From Cyanobacteria bacterium auto_48_18 (GTDB lineage Bacteria; Cyanobacteriota; Vampirovibrionia; Obscuribacterales; Obscuribacteraceae): DNA of 64,000 nt. The notes below the pieces were generated by a model. That model was not told the origin of the DNA. It saw nothing but the letters and a program-made list of their open reading frames with translations, and made no database searches. A program made the translations under genes and the position numbers. The DNA is taken from NCBI GenBank assembly GCA_036170915.1, contig JAVHQC010000016.1, positions 133,627-197,626 of the forward strand. Direction: 5' to 3'. This document shows, piece after piece, positions 26,569-36,645 of the stretch (within the stretch, counting starts at the first letter, position 1; every line of letters begins with the position of its first letter).

Positions 26569-27255
26569 ATGATTCGACTGCAAAACGTTTCTAAAAACTA
26601 CGGCGGCAGACCCGCTCTCGTAAACATCAACTTGCATATCGCCCTTGGCGAATTCGCCTTTCTGGTAGGACCAAGTGGTGCCGGTAAGTCGACTTTGATG
26701 CGTCTGCTTTATCGTGAAGAAACGCCGACTACAGGCAATGTTTTCATTGGCGGCGTTAATTTGAACCGCATGAACTCGGGTCAGATTCCACTTTTACGCC
26801 GCCGACTGGGAATTATTTTCCAAGATTTTAAATTGCTGCCCAGCCAAACGGTCTTTAATAACGTCGCTTACGTTTTGAGAGCACTTGGTGTGGACGAAAA
26901 AGAAGTGGCTAAGCGTGTTAACAGCGCCCTGGCCGTGGTCAACCTTGAGCACAAGTATGATGCTTACCCTGGTGAGCTTTCGGGCGGTGAGCAGCAGCGA
27001 GTAGGAATTGCTCGAGCAATCGTCAACGGGCCTCCAGTTTTGCTGGCTGACGAGCCCACCGGAAACCTTGACCCAGCAACATCACTAGAAATTGTGCAGC
27101 TGCTTGAGCGCATCAGTCAGCGCGGTACCACTGTTTTGATTTCAACACATGATCAGCCTATCGTGAACGCCATGCGAAGACGCGTGATTGCTTTAAAGAA
27201 CGGCGAACTGGTAGCTGACGTTGATAACGGCATTTACGAATTGGAGATGAGTTGA
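26569..27255 (+). CDS. ftsE: Cell division ATP-binding protein FtsE
   Basis: [25 protein letters not shown] and [10 protein letters not shown] motifs; followed by ftsX. Confidence 0.97.
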   Translation: MIRLQNVSKNYGGRPALVNINLHIALGEFAFLVGPSGAGKSTLMRLLYREETPTTGNVFIGGVNLNRMNSGQIPLLRRRLGIIFQDFKLLPSQTVFNNVAYVLRALGVDEKEVAKRVNSALAVVNLEHKYDAYPGELSGGEQQRVGIARAIVNGPPVLLADEPTGNLDPATSLEIVQLLERISQRGTTVLISTHDQPIVNAMRRRVIALKNGELVADVDNGIYELEMS

Positions 27256-27262
27256 TCAAAGT

Positions 27263-28135
27263 ATGATGCGAACTCTCAGAATTATTCGCCGCGTGTTTAT
27301 TGAGACATTGCTTGGCCTGCGCGCCAGCGGCTGGTCTAACTGGCTGGTCGTGAGCATTTTGGCCGTGGCTTTGACAATATTCGGCGGCGTGCTGCAGATG
27401 ACCATGAGCTTGAAAAATCTGGTTAATGCCTGGGGCAGCGAAATTCAAATATCGGTCTATTTGAAAGATGCTTACGATCCCAAAAAAGTTGCGGCAGAAA
27501 TTAGCCGTTTAAGCGAAGTCAGGCAAGTCGAAATCGTCTCAAAAGATGTGGCCTGGAGAGAGATGCAGCATACATTCAAAATTGCTGTGATCAATAATCC
27601 GCTGCCGAATACATTGCACATTAAACTGGCCAATCCTGAAGAAGTGGAGTTACTCTCCACCAAAATCAATCTTCTGCCGTCGGTAGAAAAAGTACGTTCG
27701 CCTTTAAAGATTGCTAAAAAAATCAACGACGTGCGCCATTTCTTAGAAATAGCCGGTTTCTTTGTCACGGCGATTTTGGCTACAGCGACATTGACTGTGA
27801 TTGGTAACACCATTAACCTGGTGATTAAAGCCAGGCATAGAGAAATTGAAATTTTGAGTCTGATGGGTGTTGGGCATTTCTATATCAAATGTCCCTTTGT
27901 CTTTCAGGGCGCGGCTTATGGTGCGGCAGCAGCACTTCTCGCCACTTTAGTTCTGTTAGGCATTCACTTATATATTGACCCCTATGTAAAAGAGCAAATT
28001 TTGAGTTTGGCGCCCTTTATGCCGCGTAATCTTGAATATAGTTTGATGCAAACATCGGCTTTGATGTGTGCACTGGGAGTGGCTGTAGGGGCCGGTGGCA
28101 GTCTCTGGACATCAGGTCGGTTTATCAAGCTTTAG
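27263..28135 (+). CDS. ftsX: Cell division permease FtsX
   Basis: ISVYLK, NPLP, NTINLVIKARHREIEILSLMG and IKCPFVFQG motifs; 4 TM helices. Confidence 0.95.
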   Translation: MMRTLRIIRRVFIETLLGLRASGWSNWLVVSILAVALTIFGGVLQMTMSLKNLVNAWGSEIQISVYLKDAYDPKKVAAEISRLSEVRQVEIVSKDVAWREMQHTFKIAVINNPLPNTLHIKLANPEEVELLSTKINLLPSVEKVRSPLKIAKKINDVRHFLEIAGFFVTAILATATLTVIGNTINLVIKARHREIEILSLMGVGHFYIKCPFVFQGAAYGAAAALLATLVLLGIHLYIDPYVKEQILSLAPFMPRNLEYSLMQTSALMCALGVAVGAGGSLWTSGRFIKL

Positions 28136-28172
28136 AAAAAAAAGAAGAGGAGGACCAAAGCCCTCCCCTTCT
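28136..28172 (-). terminator. Probable terminator between convergent ftsX and cyclophilin genes
   Basis: Imperfect AGAAGAGGAGG/CCCTCCCCTTCT hairpin preceded by an A run (a T tract on the minus strand). Confidence 0.5.
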
Positions 28173-28194
28173 AGATTTCAAACACCAACCAAAA

Positions 28195-28665
28195 TTATTT
28201 GTTGGCAGTTTCCATCACAGAAACTTTGTTCATTTTGTCGCCTTTGCGCAATTGTGAAACAACCGCGTCGCCTTCAATCACTTTGCCAAAGACTGCATAT
28301 TGCATGTCGAGGAAATTGGCTGGTCCAAGAGTGATATAAAACTGCGAGCTGGCTGAGTCTTTGTCGTTTGAGCGAGCCATGGCCACTACGCCCAAAGAAT
28401 CATGCTTGAGGTGTGGTTTGACTTCAAGTTTGATATTGCGCTTTTGTTTGGTTTCAGGGTCGGTGTAACCGCCAGTTCCAGAACCGGTTGGGCAGCCACC
28501 TTGAATGCAGAAACCAGGTTCATAGCGGTGGAAATTGAGACCGTTGTAGAAGCCTTTGCTCACAAGGTCTAAGAAGTTATTACTTGTGATTGGAGCTTCG
28601 GTCTGGTGTACTTGGATTTTGATCGTACCCTTGTCGGTTTCGATCACTACAATTGGATCTGTCAT
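28195..28665 (-). CDS. Cyclophilin-type peptidyl-prolyl isomerase (cytoplasmic)
   Basis: [33 protein letters not shown] and [10 protein letters not shown] motifs. Confidence 0.96.
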   Translation of the reverse strand: MTDPIVVIETDKGTIKIQVHQTEAPITSNNFLDLVSKGFYNGLNFHRYEPGFCIQGGCPTGSGTGGYTDPETKQKRNIKLEVKPHLKHDSLGVVAMARSNDKDSASSQFYITLGPANFLDMQYAVFGKVIEGDAVVSQLRKGDKMNKVSVMETANK

Positions 28666-28735
28666 GTAGTTTTGTTCCGGCAGCTAACTGCCAGATACCT
28701 CCGTGTAATTAATATCCCGGTAATTTTAGCACTGC

Positions 28736-29329
28736 TTATTTGCCGGCATCGGCAATGGTCACTTTTGTCATCTTGTCGCCTACGCGAATGGCGTTGACTG
28801 CGTCCATTCCTTCAATCACTTTGCCGAATACAGCATAGTTGGCATCTAGAAACGGAGCAGGGGCAAGAGTTATATAGAATTGGCAACTGGCCGAATTGCG
28901 GCTAGCTGAACGAGCCATGGCCAATACGCCGGCGGCATCATGGTTTAGATTTGGTTTGATTTCTAAATCAATATGGCGGGGCTTGTTGGTTCTTGGGTCG
29001 ATGTAATTACCGGTGCCGTTACCTGAAGGGTCGCCACCTTGAATGCAAAAACCAGGTTCATAGCGGTGGAAAGTCAGACCGTTGTAGAAGCCTTTTCCTA
29101 CTAACTCTAAAAAATTGTGCGAAGTGAGTGGCACCTGAGTTTTGTAGATCTGCAGTTTGATTGGACCTTTAGTGGTTTCCATTAAAACAATAGCGTCACC
29201 TGTACTTTTAGCGGCATTCTTCTTCGATGCAGCCATAGCTGAGCTGAAGTTTGAACTGCAAGCTAACCAGGCAACCATCAGTGCCACCACTGATAGTGCT
29301 ACTATTAAGGCTCTGTTGAGCTTAAACAT
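28736..29329 (-). CDS. Cyclophilin-type peptidyl-prolyl isomerase (exported)
   Basis: Same motifs as the adjacent gene plus an N-terminal signal peptide. Confidence 0.96.
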   Translation of the reverse strand: MFKLNRALIVALSVVALMVAWLACSSNFSSAMAASKKNAAKSTGDAIVLMETTKGPIKLQIYKTQVPLTSHNFLELVGKGFYNGLTFHRYEPGFCIQGGDPSGNGTGNYIDPRTNKPRHIDLEIKPNLNHDAAGVLAMARSASRNSASCQFYITLAPAPFLDANYAVFGKVIEGMDAVNAIRVGDKMTKVTIADAGK

Positions 29330-29353
29330 TAGTTGATCTCCTCCTCAGGATTA

Positions 29354-30253
29354 TCATGGACGGTATCGTACTTTTTTAGCCAAAGGGCCTGGGTCAGACA
29401 GTGAACTGGAGCCTGTTGTGGTGCCGTTGCGGCAGCTGGGAATGGCACTGAGACTGGCATTGGCCGTAGTGCCGCTGATAGGAATGGTGACTGAACCGTT
29501 GCTGTTGTTGTATGGATACGTCAATGGCACCAGTAAGCTGTTGACACCAGTGGCGGCATCATCATAAAAAGCAATCCAACCTTTAGTTTCATCTTGAGGC
29601 AAAATCACTCGACGATTGAGCCTGCTTTCTTCTATTTCGTGGCGACCAGCGTCACGGCCTACAGCAGTACCTAGATTGCGTTTGCGGTGGTCTTGGGCCG
29701 TAAAGACTTCATAAGCCAGAGGTCCTGCCAGAGCCGCTGATGCAAGGGTGATACCACCCACCGCTACTTTGTCTTTAGTGCTGAGCAAGCGATTATCTAA
29801 TTTTAAAAGTGTCTCTAAAGGAAGTGGCGCAATGTTAGCGCCGCCACCCAGGCCGCGAGTGCCTTCGCCAATAATGACAACGGGATAGGTACCATTATTG
29901 CGAATGGTGACTTCGATGAATTTGAGCTTGGGACCAATGTAGCGTGTGATTGGCGCTCTAGTAGCCACAAGGGCAGCTCCCATCAAATTAAATTGTGGGG
30001 TTCCGGTGGCGGCACCTCCAGAGAGAGTAACTTTCTTCTCTGCTAGAGCCTGCTCAGCTGTCACTGGTAGCTCAACCATGGGTGCGGCTATCGTGTCGCC
30101 AGGATTTTTAATTGGCAGCGGATCGGTTTTCAGTGGGAGTGGTGTTAACTCTTCATCAGCATCAGCAGCAAATACAGCCAATTGACCAATTGACAACACG
30201 CCAGCCACAATCGAAAGAGCCAGGGCTCTTTTGACGTTCTGCTTCTTCTTCAC
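29354..30253 (-). CDS. Exported hypothetical protein
   Basis: Signal peptide and beta-rich body (IEVTIRNNG; ILPQDETKGWIAF). Confidence 0.7.
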   Translation of the reverse strand: MKKKQNVKRALALSIVAGVLSIGQLAVFAADADEELTPLPLKTDPLPIKNPGDTIAAPMVELPVTAEQALAEKKVTLSGGAATGTPQFNLMGAALVATRAPITRYIGPKLKFIEVTIRNNGTYPVVIIGEGTRGLGGGANIAPLPLETLLKLDNRLLSTKDKVAVGGITLASAALAGPLAYEVFTAQDHRKRNLGTAVGRDAGRHEIEESRLNRRVILPQDETKGWIAFYDDAATGVNSLLVPLTYPYNNSNGSVTIPISGTTANASLSAIPSCRNGTTTGSSSLSDPGPLAKKVRYRP

Positions 30254-30268
30254 TGTGGTTCCTCTAAG

Positions 30269-30961
30269 TTATTGCTGCCGTTGGCCTGACAGCGCATAGC
30301 TAACATTGCATCTCTTCACGCCGTCTTTGACAATGGTTATTCTCTCAATTCCAGAGAAGGTCGCGCCACCATTCTGAAGTTCCATGAGGATCATTTCTTG
30401 CGCCATAGCCTTGCCCATTTGATGCTGATAAGCGACTACTGCTTTATTTGGCCCCATCATCTTCTGCACCTGCAAAGCCGTAGACACGCCCTGGTCATTG
30501 CTCATGGTGTAACCACCCTGCGGGCTGCCGTTAATATTCCAGACATTGCGAGTGCTGGTATTAAATCCTTGCTCAGCATTAGCCTGAAATTCTGCGCTAA
30601 TGGCCTTAACTGTAGTGCGTTGACCTTGAACCAACCACGAACCCAAGAAAGCTGGAGGCAGAGCCACTCTTTGCACACCGGCTTGCATGGCGGGGCGCTG
30701 CGCTGGTTGCTGCTGCTGAGCTCCCACATTCATGCGATTGGTTGAAGTGTTAGCTTTGATAGTGCGTGTGGGAGGTGGCGCTTGGTAGACGGGCACTTGA
30801 GGGGTCATGACCGGTGCCGGATAACCGCCTGAAACGGGGGGCGCCTGATATTGACCACGTTGCTCAATACCAATTTGGTAAGGGTCGGCCGAAGCAGACA
30901 GTGCTGAGCTTGCGGCAAAGATGGCTGCTAGCGCCAGGGACAATTTAAAATTCGAATTCAT
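30269..30961 (-). CDS. Exported hypothetical protein
   Basis: Probable start MNSNFK after a GGAG RBS, signal peptide, P/Q-rich linker and beta-rich C-terminal domain. Confidence 0.7.
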   Translation of the reverse strand: MNSNFKLSLALAAIFAASSALSASADPYQIGIEQRGQYQAPPVSGGYPAPVMTPQVPVYQAPPPTRTIKANTSTNRMNVGAQQQQPAQRPAMQAGVQRVALPPAFLGSWLVQGQRTTVKAISAEFQANAEQGFNTSTRNVWNINGSPQGGYTMSNDQGVSTALQVQKMMGPNKAVVAYQHQMGKAMAQEMILMELQNGGATFSGIERITIVKDGVKRCNVSYALSGQRQQ

Positions 30962-31047
30962 ATGGCGCTCCTGACTGCTGAGTAAGGACATTCTATATTG
31001 ACTGGCCAATCCCTGCTAGTTATTAGCCAACAGCGCAGGCCCAATAT

Positions 31048-31767
31048 TTATCTTGCTGGTGCCTTTACTACAGCCGCTGACCTGACTCCAGGAACCGGCG
31101 AAGAGGTCTGTACTGAAGCTGTGGTCGCCACGTCACTAGGCAGAGCCTGGGAGAAGCCAAGTTCTTGCAAGCGATGATAAGCCGCCTGGCCCGTGGCTCC
31201 ACGTGGGTCGGCGATAACAATGTCAACTAGAGGTGCAAGCGCTTCAGGGGCGCGTCTTTGCTTGATTAAGAGATCTGCTTTGAGCAAAAGCGCTTCGCGT
31301 TTTAATTCTCCAAAGCGGGCCGTGAGCTGGCGCTCTGAAGCGGCTTCGCGCTTTGTGGCATCGTTTTTGCCAAAGGCAGTCGCCATGCGATAGTGTGCAT
31401 CGGCGGCATCTTGCAGCCATTCCACCATTTCTAAAATACCATCTTGAGCATTTTGCGGACTGCCGGCCAGTAAGGCCTTGAGCTCGTCGATTTTTTGCTT
31501 GGCGTCGGCAGCAGTCAAAGGCAACTGACGATAACGCGATCTGCCCTGGGGGCTCTGTCCGCGACTGACCGCGTCGCTCGGAGCGTTAAATTGAGCAGGC
31601 CCTGGCTCTGCAGCTTGAAATTGACCAGGCAAAGGTGCGGCCCCCGGAATGGGCGAACCTTGAGCGTGCACTTTAGCAGGTAGAACCAGCATAGCTGCTG
31701 TTAATAGCGTGATTTTTGTTAGATTGCTTGGTGGTGGCGAAGTAATAGGCAAATTCATATTTCTCAT
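31048..31767 (-). CDS. Exported hypothetical helical protein
   Basis: Signal peptide (VHA/Q) and a TPR-like helical pair near the C-terminus. Confidence 0.65.
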   Translation of the reverse strand: MRNMNLPITSPPPSNLTKITLLTAAMLVLPAKVHAQGSPIPGAAPLPGQFQAAEPGPAQFNAPSDAVSRGQSPQGRSRYRQLPLTAADAKQKIDELKALLAGSPQNAQDGILEMVEWLQDAADAHYRMATAFGKNDATKREAASERQLTARFGELKREALLLKADLLIKQRRAPEALAPLVDIVIADPRGATGQAAYHRLQELGFSQALPSDVATTASVQTSSPVPGVRSAAVVKAPAR

Positions 31768-31854
31768 TTAGATAATTAGCATTTAGAATGCGGATTCTAG
31801 CAAACTGTTACTATGGAACGGTGAAATATTCCTGAAATTCTAGTTCGAATTACC

Positions 31855-34800
31855 GTGGTGACCGTGTTTTCTAATCATATTTTTTCTCTGCACCTTGTCA
31901 AAAGGGTCTTGGCTTTTGGTCTGGCTTTTCTGGTGCTGTTTTTGAATGTGGGAGTTTATCCGGCCCTGGCACTCTCAGCAACCAGCCATAGCCAGGCTGC
32001 GCAAGCAGCTCTGCCACACCAATTGGCAGTAGAACATTACAGCCCTCAAGACACTGCGTTTATCAGAAAATATCTCAAGAGCGGCGAGTATATTTCCACA
32101 GCCGAAATCAAACCAGGCATGGAAGGCTACGGCCTTAGCGTTTTTCAAGGCGTGAAGGTGGAGAGATTTCAGGTCAAAGTAATTGGTGTGATCAAGAAGG
32201 TTTTGAACGGCAGAGACGCCATTCTGGTGCGCTGCTCAGGTGCTGCCCTGGGCAAAAACAATGTGGTGCGAGGAATGTCGGGCTCACCGATTTATATAGA
32301 TAATCGCCTGGCCGGTGCGCTTTCGTATGGCTTCGATTTTTCCAAAGAACCAATTGTCGGCGTAACTCCAGTAACAGATATGCTCGAATCGCTCACTTTT
32401 GATGACCGTCCCGGCGCCAGCGATCGCAAAATTTCATATCAAAGACCGGCTTATATTGACGCTCCACGTGAACTTTTTGGTGGAGCCTCCGCGGTGCCCA
32501 AAGCCGAATTTGCTTCGTCACCTACGGTACGAATGGTGCCATTAATGGCACCGGTAGCCCTTGCTGGATATTCACCCCGAGCCCAGGAATATCTAAAAGA
32601 CAAATTTAGAGATATTGGTCTGGCGGTTTCGTCAGGTGCTTCAGGCGGTCTAGATGCCGGTCTTAATCAGAGTTTGCTCAAATCGAAACCGCAAACTAAA
32701 GGGTCATCATTTAAAAACAAAACTTTGATCGCACAAGCAGAAGGCGGCGTTCAAAAATCGGAAGCGTCAACTGAAGCTGAAATGGTGGCCGCTGCTGAAG
32801 CGGGCACCGTCAAGTTGGTGCCTGGTGGTGCTGTTGCTGTAATGCTTTCTACCGGCGATTTTTCAAGCTCGGCTACAGGTACCGCCACCTGCATTTTTGG
32901 CAACAAAGTGGTGGCATTCGGTCACGCTTTCATGGACGCCGGACAAGTTGCTTTTCCTATGGCCACCGCTTACATTCACGAGGTGCTGCCCAGTCTTTCA
33001 GTATCATTTAAACTCTCATCGCCACTGCAAGTAATCGGCACGGTATTTGCCGATCGGCCCTGGTCTGTAGGTGGTGAGATCGGCCGCTACAGCAATCTCA
33101 TTCCGCTCAATATCAGTGTCACAGATGAAAAAAGACGGGTGAAAAAAGTCTATCACTGCAAGGTGGTCGATCATCCCGAACTCACCCCTGGATTGATTAC
33201 AGCGACTATGATGTCGGCCCTCGATTCCACTTATCAGTCAGAAGTGCCTTACGTAATTAAACTTACTTCTGCCATTGACGTTAAAGGGCAGGGCAAACTG
33301 ACTCGCACAGATCGTTTTGCCGCTAACTTTGCTGCCCACAGTGGTGACGCTCTGGCGCGCTTGAGAGTTCAGTCTGACCCGGTAAGCGGTTTCGTCGGCA
33401 GCATCGTTGACAGGTTGATTGATAACGATTTTGAACCAGCCAGTATTACTGGCGTGAACCTAGACGTGGTGGCAGAAGATGGCCGCCAAGTTTCGAAAAT
33501 TGATCGTATTTCAGTGGATAAACCAGTGGTGGCTCCCGGAGATACTGTGAACGTTAATGTGGTGATGAAGCCATTCTCTAAACCTATCTATACTGAAACT
33601 TTGAGCTTTCCTGTGCCTCGCGAGATGCCTGACGGTGATGTTGCTATTGGTGTCAGCGGTGGCGATGAATTTGACAATGTACGCCGCCGACTCGGAGTGG
33701 TTGATCCTCAATCAGAAACCCTCAAACAGCTAATTGCCAGAATTATGCGCAAAGAACGTGGTGATGCGCTTTGCGGTGTCATGGCACTACCTACGCAATC
33801 TATTTCTTTCAGTGGTGAAATTCTTAAAAATCCACCGGCGCACTGGATCAAGCTATTCTTTTCTGATCGCAGCACAAAAGTGCCGTCATTAGTAAAAGGA
33901 GAAGAACGCTCGCGCATTTTGATGAGCGACCTGGTTGACGGCAGCCATATTATTGCTGTGACCGTTAAAAGGCCAGACAAAGTTTTTGCTAAAGGTCCGT
34001 CATATACGGTTTCGCCCAGTCAGTCGGCTCATCCGGCAGACGGCATCATGATTACAGACCAGGCTAAAAAGACGATTGATTCTGGCCGCAAGACTGAAGT
34101 TTCCACAGTTTCTTCCACGGGTGCTGCCACTGTCAGCAGTGTCACTACCACTCCGTCTACCCAACCTCCCAGTGCCCCGCCTAAAGAGTCGAGCGTTCAA
34201 CTCTGGTCTCAAGCTCAGGCATTTCCTCACATGCGCGCCATCAGTCTATGGCGTCAAGAAACTGAAGAAAATTTCCGCAACGGTAAAGCCGACGGTGTAG
34301 CCATTGAGAGTCAGGGACGCCTCACCCCCGGTTATCGTGAACTCAGTCGTCAATCACTCGATCAAGAGCCTCGCATCTGGACTTCTGTTTTCACCAGGGG
34401 CAAATTCTATTTTGCCGCCGGCAATAAATTGATGAGCAGCACTGGAGACTCAGCACCGGTGGTGGTGGCGACCTTGCCCGGCATGATGATTAGCAGCCTG
34501 ACGGCCGATGATAAAGGCAATGTCTATGCCGCCAACACTCCTGGAGGAGAAGTTTTCATCATTGGCGCCGACGATTCGGTTAAGCCTTACGCTAAAGTTT
34601 CTGAATCGATTGTTAGCGCGCTTTGCTGTGACGCCAGTGGCCATCTCTTTATCGGCACCAGTGGATCCGGCAAAGTTTATAGAGTGACAGACGGTGTTCC
34701 CACCCTTGTTTTAGACACTAATCAAGCCCATGTCACGGCTTTAAATTTTAACGCTGCCGAAAACAAAGTTTATATCGGCACCGCTGAAAAAGGCTGCGTT

Positions 34801-36645
34801 TATAGTCTTGATAGCGCTCTTAAAGTGAAAGCTGAATTTGAAACCGGCGAACATATCGTCACCGGCATTGCGCGAGATAAAGCTGGAAATCTGTATGTCA
34901 CAACCGCAGGAACCGGCAAACTCTTTCGCATACAGTCTAATGGGCAGGCTGATGCCGTGGCTTCCAGTGAGGCATTCTATACTCTGCATTACGACAGTCG
35001 CGACGACAGAGTTTATGCTGGTGACGCTGAAGGTGATGTTACTCGCATTGAAATCGATGCCACCAACGACCAGGCATTGTTTGTGCCTGTCTGCCATACA
35101 GAACAAGAAGCGGTAATGGCCTTGAGCACCGATGAAAATGGACGACTGTTCTGCGGCACCAGTAACGTGGCTCAAGTGCGCACCTTTGAAATTCAGCCAT
35201 CAGGTAATCCTACTTATTCGTCTATCGTTTACGACGCTCAAAGGCCAGCCAACTGGTCGCGCGTGCGCATCGGCAATGTTGATAACGACGACAGCAATGA
35301 TTTGCACAAAATCGTCAGCGTGCAAACTCGCGGTGGTGAAACATCGCAGCCTGATGCTGCCTGGACTAGCTGGAGCGATGCAGTTGCCGACGGTGATGGA
35401 TACGTGATCAAGAGCGGCCCCGCTCGCTTTATACAATATAAATTGACCTGGAAACTTGCGGGCGGCAAACAGAAAGTACGCGACTTAATTGTCTCTCGCG
35501 TAGACCTTACTTTCCAGCCAACCAACGCCGCACCATCTGTGGCATCAGTATCGATTAAAGCCGGTGAGGCTCTATCTGGCACGGTTCCACTTGTGATATC
35601 AGGCGCCGACCCTGATCAAGACAACATGCTGCTCAGCCTTGATATTTCGAGCGATGGCGGCAAGTCGTGGCAGTCTGTGGTCAGCGACCAACGTAGCAGG
35701 CCGTCAGACGCCGATAAAGCGAAGAAAAAAGAAAAAGAAGCTGCTGCTAAATCTGAGGCCGCTCGCAAAGCCAAAACCAATGAGAAAGACAAATCTGATT
35801 CTAAGGCGACAGGCACAACTACTTCAAAGCCCGAAGTAAAGCCCGAAGTCAAGCCAGAAAATAAAACCGAGGGCAAGACTGAGGCCAAGCCCGAAGTCAA
35901 AGATGTAAAACCCGAGACAAAGCCTGAGCAGAAAACAAATATTTTCGGTCAGTTCTTGCGCAAATTGCAAAGCAAAATCGAAACAGAGCCGGAACCAGCG
36001 AAAGACCCTGATGCTAAAGATCCCGATGCAAAAGAGGTCGAAGCTAAAGATTCCTCGAAAGATCCCACCAAAGATATAGAACCTGCAGCCACCACCTCTG
36101 CTGAAGGCACCACCAGCGATTCTAAGAAAACTAAAGCAAAAGATAAATCAGCTAAGGCGGAAGAGGCTGAAAAGTCTAGTGAGCAGTATTCGTCCACTGA
36201 GAAATTTACTTACAGCTTTGAGACTAAAAAAGTAAAAGATGGTCTGTATTTGATGCGCATTAAAGTGAGCGACAAACCGTCTAATCCTGAGCATGAAAAA
36301 TCTTCCATTGCTGTGCGCTCCATTGCCATTGACAATACTCAACCGCAAATTGATAGCATTAAAGTGGCTAGAGGCTCACAGGGCCTGTCTATCAAGCTGG
36401 TCGCCCATGACAATGTTTCATGCATTGCTGATGCCACATATAAATTTGACGACCAGGATGCTTTTGCTCTCGCCCCCATTTCAGCCGGCGATCAAAACGG
36501 TTTAGGTAATTCACCACTTTCTGACTCTCTTAGCGCTACACTTGGAGCCGAGAATGTGGCAGTGCCAAAAGGCGCTAAGAAAATAACTATTCAAGTGTTC
36601 GATCAAGCCGGTAATTCAAACAAGAAGACAGAAAACTTACCCTGA
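31855..36645 (+). CDS. Large exported SpoIVB-type (S55) peptidase fused to beta-propeller and Ig/FN3-like domains
   Basis: IKPGMEGYG, GMSGSPIY and VAFGHAF motifs. Repeated D..GN.Y..T..G.VY propeller units, ARFIQYK, a K/E-rich insert and IDNTQP. Confidence 0.8.
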   Translation: MVTVFSNHIFSLHLVKRVLAFGLAFLVLFLNVGVYPALALSATSHSQAAQAALPHQLAVEHYSPQDTAFIRKYLKSGEYISTAEIKPGMEGYGLSVFQGVKVERFQVKVIGVIKKVLNGRDAILVRCSGAALGKNNVVRGMSGSPIYIDNRLAGALSYGFDFSKEPIVGVTPVTDMLESLTFDDRPGASDRKISYQRPAYIDAPRELFGGASAVPKAEFASSPTVRMVPLMAPVALAGYSPRAQEYLKDKFRDIGLAVSSGASGGLDAGLNQSLLKSKPQTKGSSFKNKTLIAQAEGGVQKSEASTEAEMVAAAEAGTVKLVPGGAVAVMLSTGDFSSSATGTATCIFGNKVVAFGHAFMDAGQVAFPMATAYIHEVLPSLSVSFKLSSPLQVIGTVFADRPWSVGGEIGRYSNLIPLNISVTDEKRRVKKVYHCKVVDHPELTPGLITATMMSALDSTYQSEVPYVIKLTSAIDVKGQGKLTRTDRFAANFAAHSGDALARLRVQSDPVSGFVGSIVDRLIDNDFEPASITGVNLDVVAEDGRQVSKIDRISVDKPVVAPGDTVNVNVVMKPFSKPIYTETLSFPVPREMPDGDVAIGVSGGDEFDNVRRRLGVVDPQSETLKQLIARIMRKERGDALCGVMALPTQSISFSGEILKNPPAHWIKLFFSDRSTKVPSLVKGEERSRILMSDLVDGSHIIAVTVKRPDKVFAKGPSYTVSPSQSAHPADGIMITDQAKKTIDSGRKTEVSTVSSTGAATVSSVTTTPSTQPPSAPPKESSVQLWSQAQAFPHMRAISLWRQETEENFRNGKADGVAIESQGRLTPGYRELSRQSLDQEPRIWTSVFTRGKFYFAAGNKLMSSTGDSAPVVVATLPGMMISSLTADDKGNVYAANTPGGEVFIIGADDSVKPYAKVSESIVSALCCDASGHLFIGTSGSGKVYRVTDGVPTLVLDTNQAHVTALNFNAAENKVYIGTAEKGCVYSLDSALKVKAEFETGEHIVTGIARDKAGNLYVTTAGTGKLFRIQSNGQADAVASSEAFYTLHYDSRDDRVYAGDAEGDVTRIEIDATNDQALFVPVCHTEQEAVMALSTDENGRLFCGTSNVAQVRTFEIQPSGNPTYSSIVYDAQRPANWSRVRIGNVDNDDSNDLHKIVSVQTRGGETSQPDAAWTSWSDAVADGDGYVIKSGPARFIQYKLTWKLAGGKQKVRDLIVSRVDLTFQPTNAAPSVASVSIKAGEALSGTVPLVISGADPDQDNMLLSLDISSDGGKSWQSVVSDQRSRPSDADKAKKKEKEAAAKSEAARKAKTNEKDKSDSKATGTTTSKPEVKPEVKPENKTEGKTEAKPEVKDVKPETKPEQKTNIFGQFLRKLQSKIETEPEPAKDPDAKDPDAKEVEAKDSSKDPTKDIEPAATTSAEGTTSDSKKTKAKDKSAKAEEAEKSSEQYSSTEKFTYSFETKKVKDGLYLMRIKVSDKPSNPEHEKSSIAVRSIAIDNTQPQIDSIKVARGSQGLSIKLVAHDNVSCIADATYKFDDQDAFALAPISAGDQNGLGNSPLSDSLSATLGAENVAVPKGAKKITIQVFDQAGNSNKKTENLP

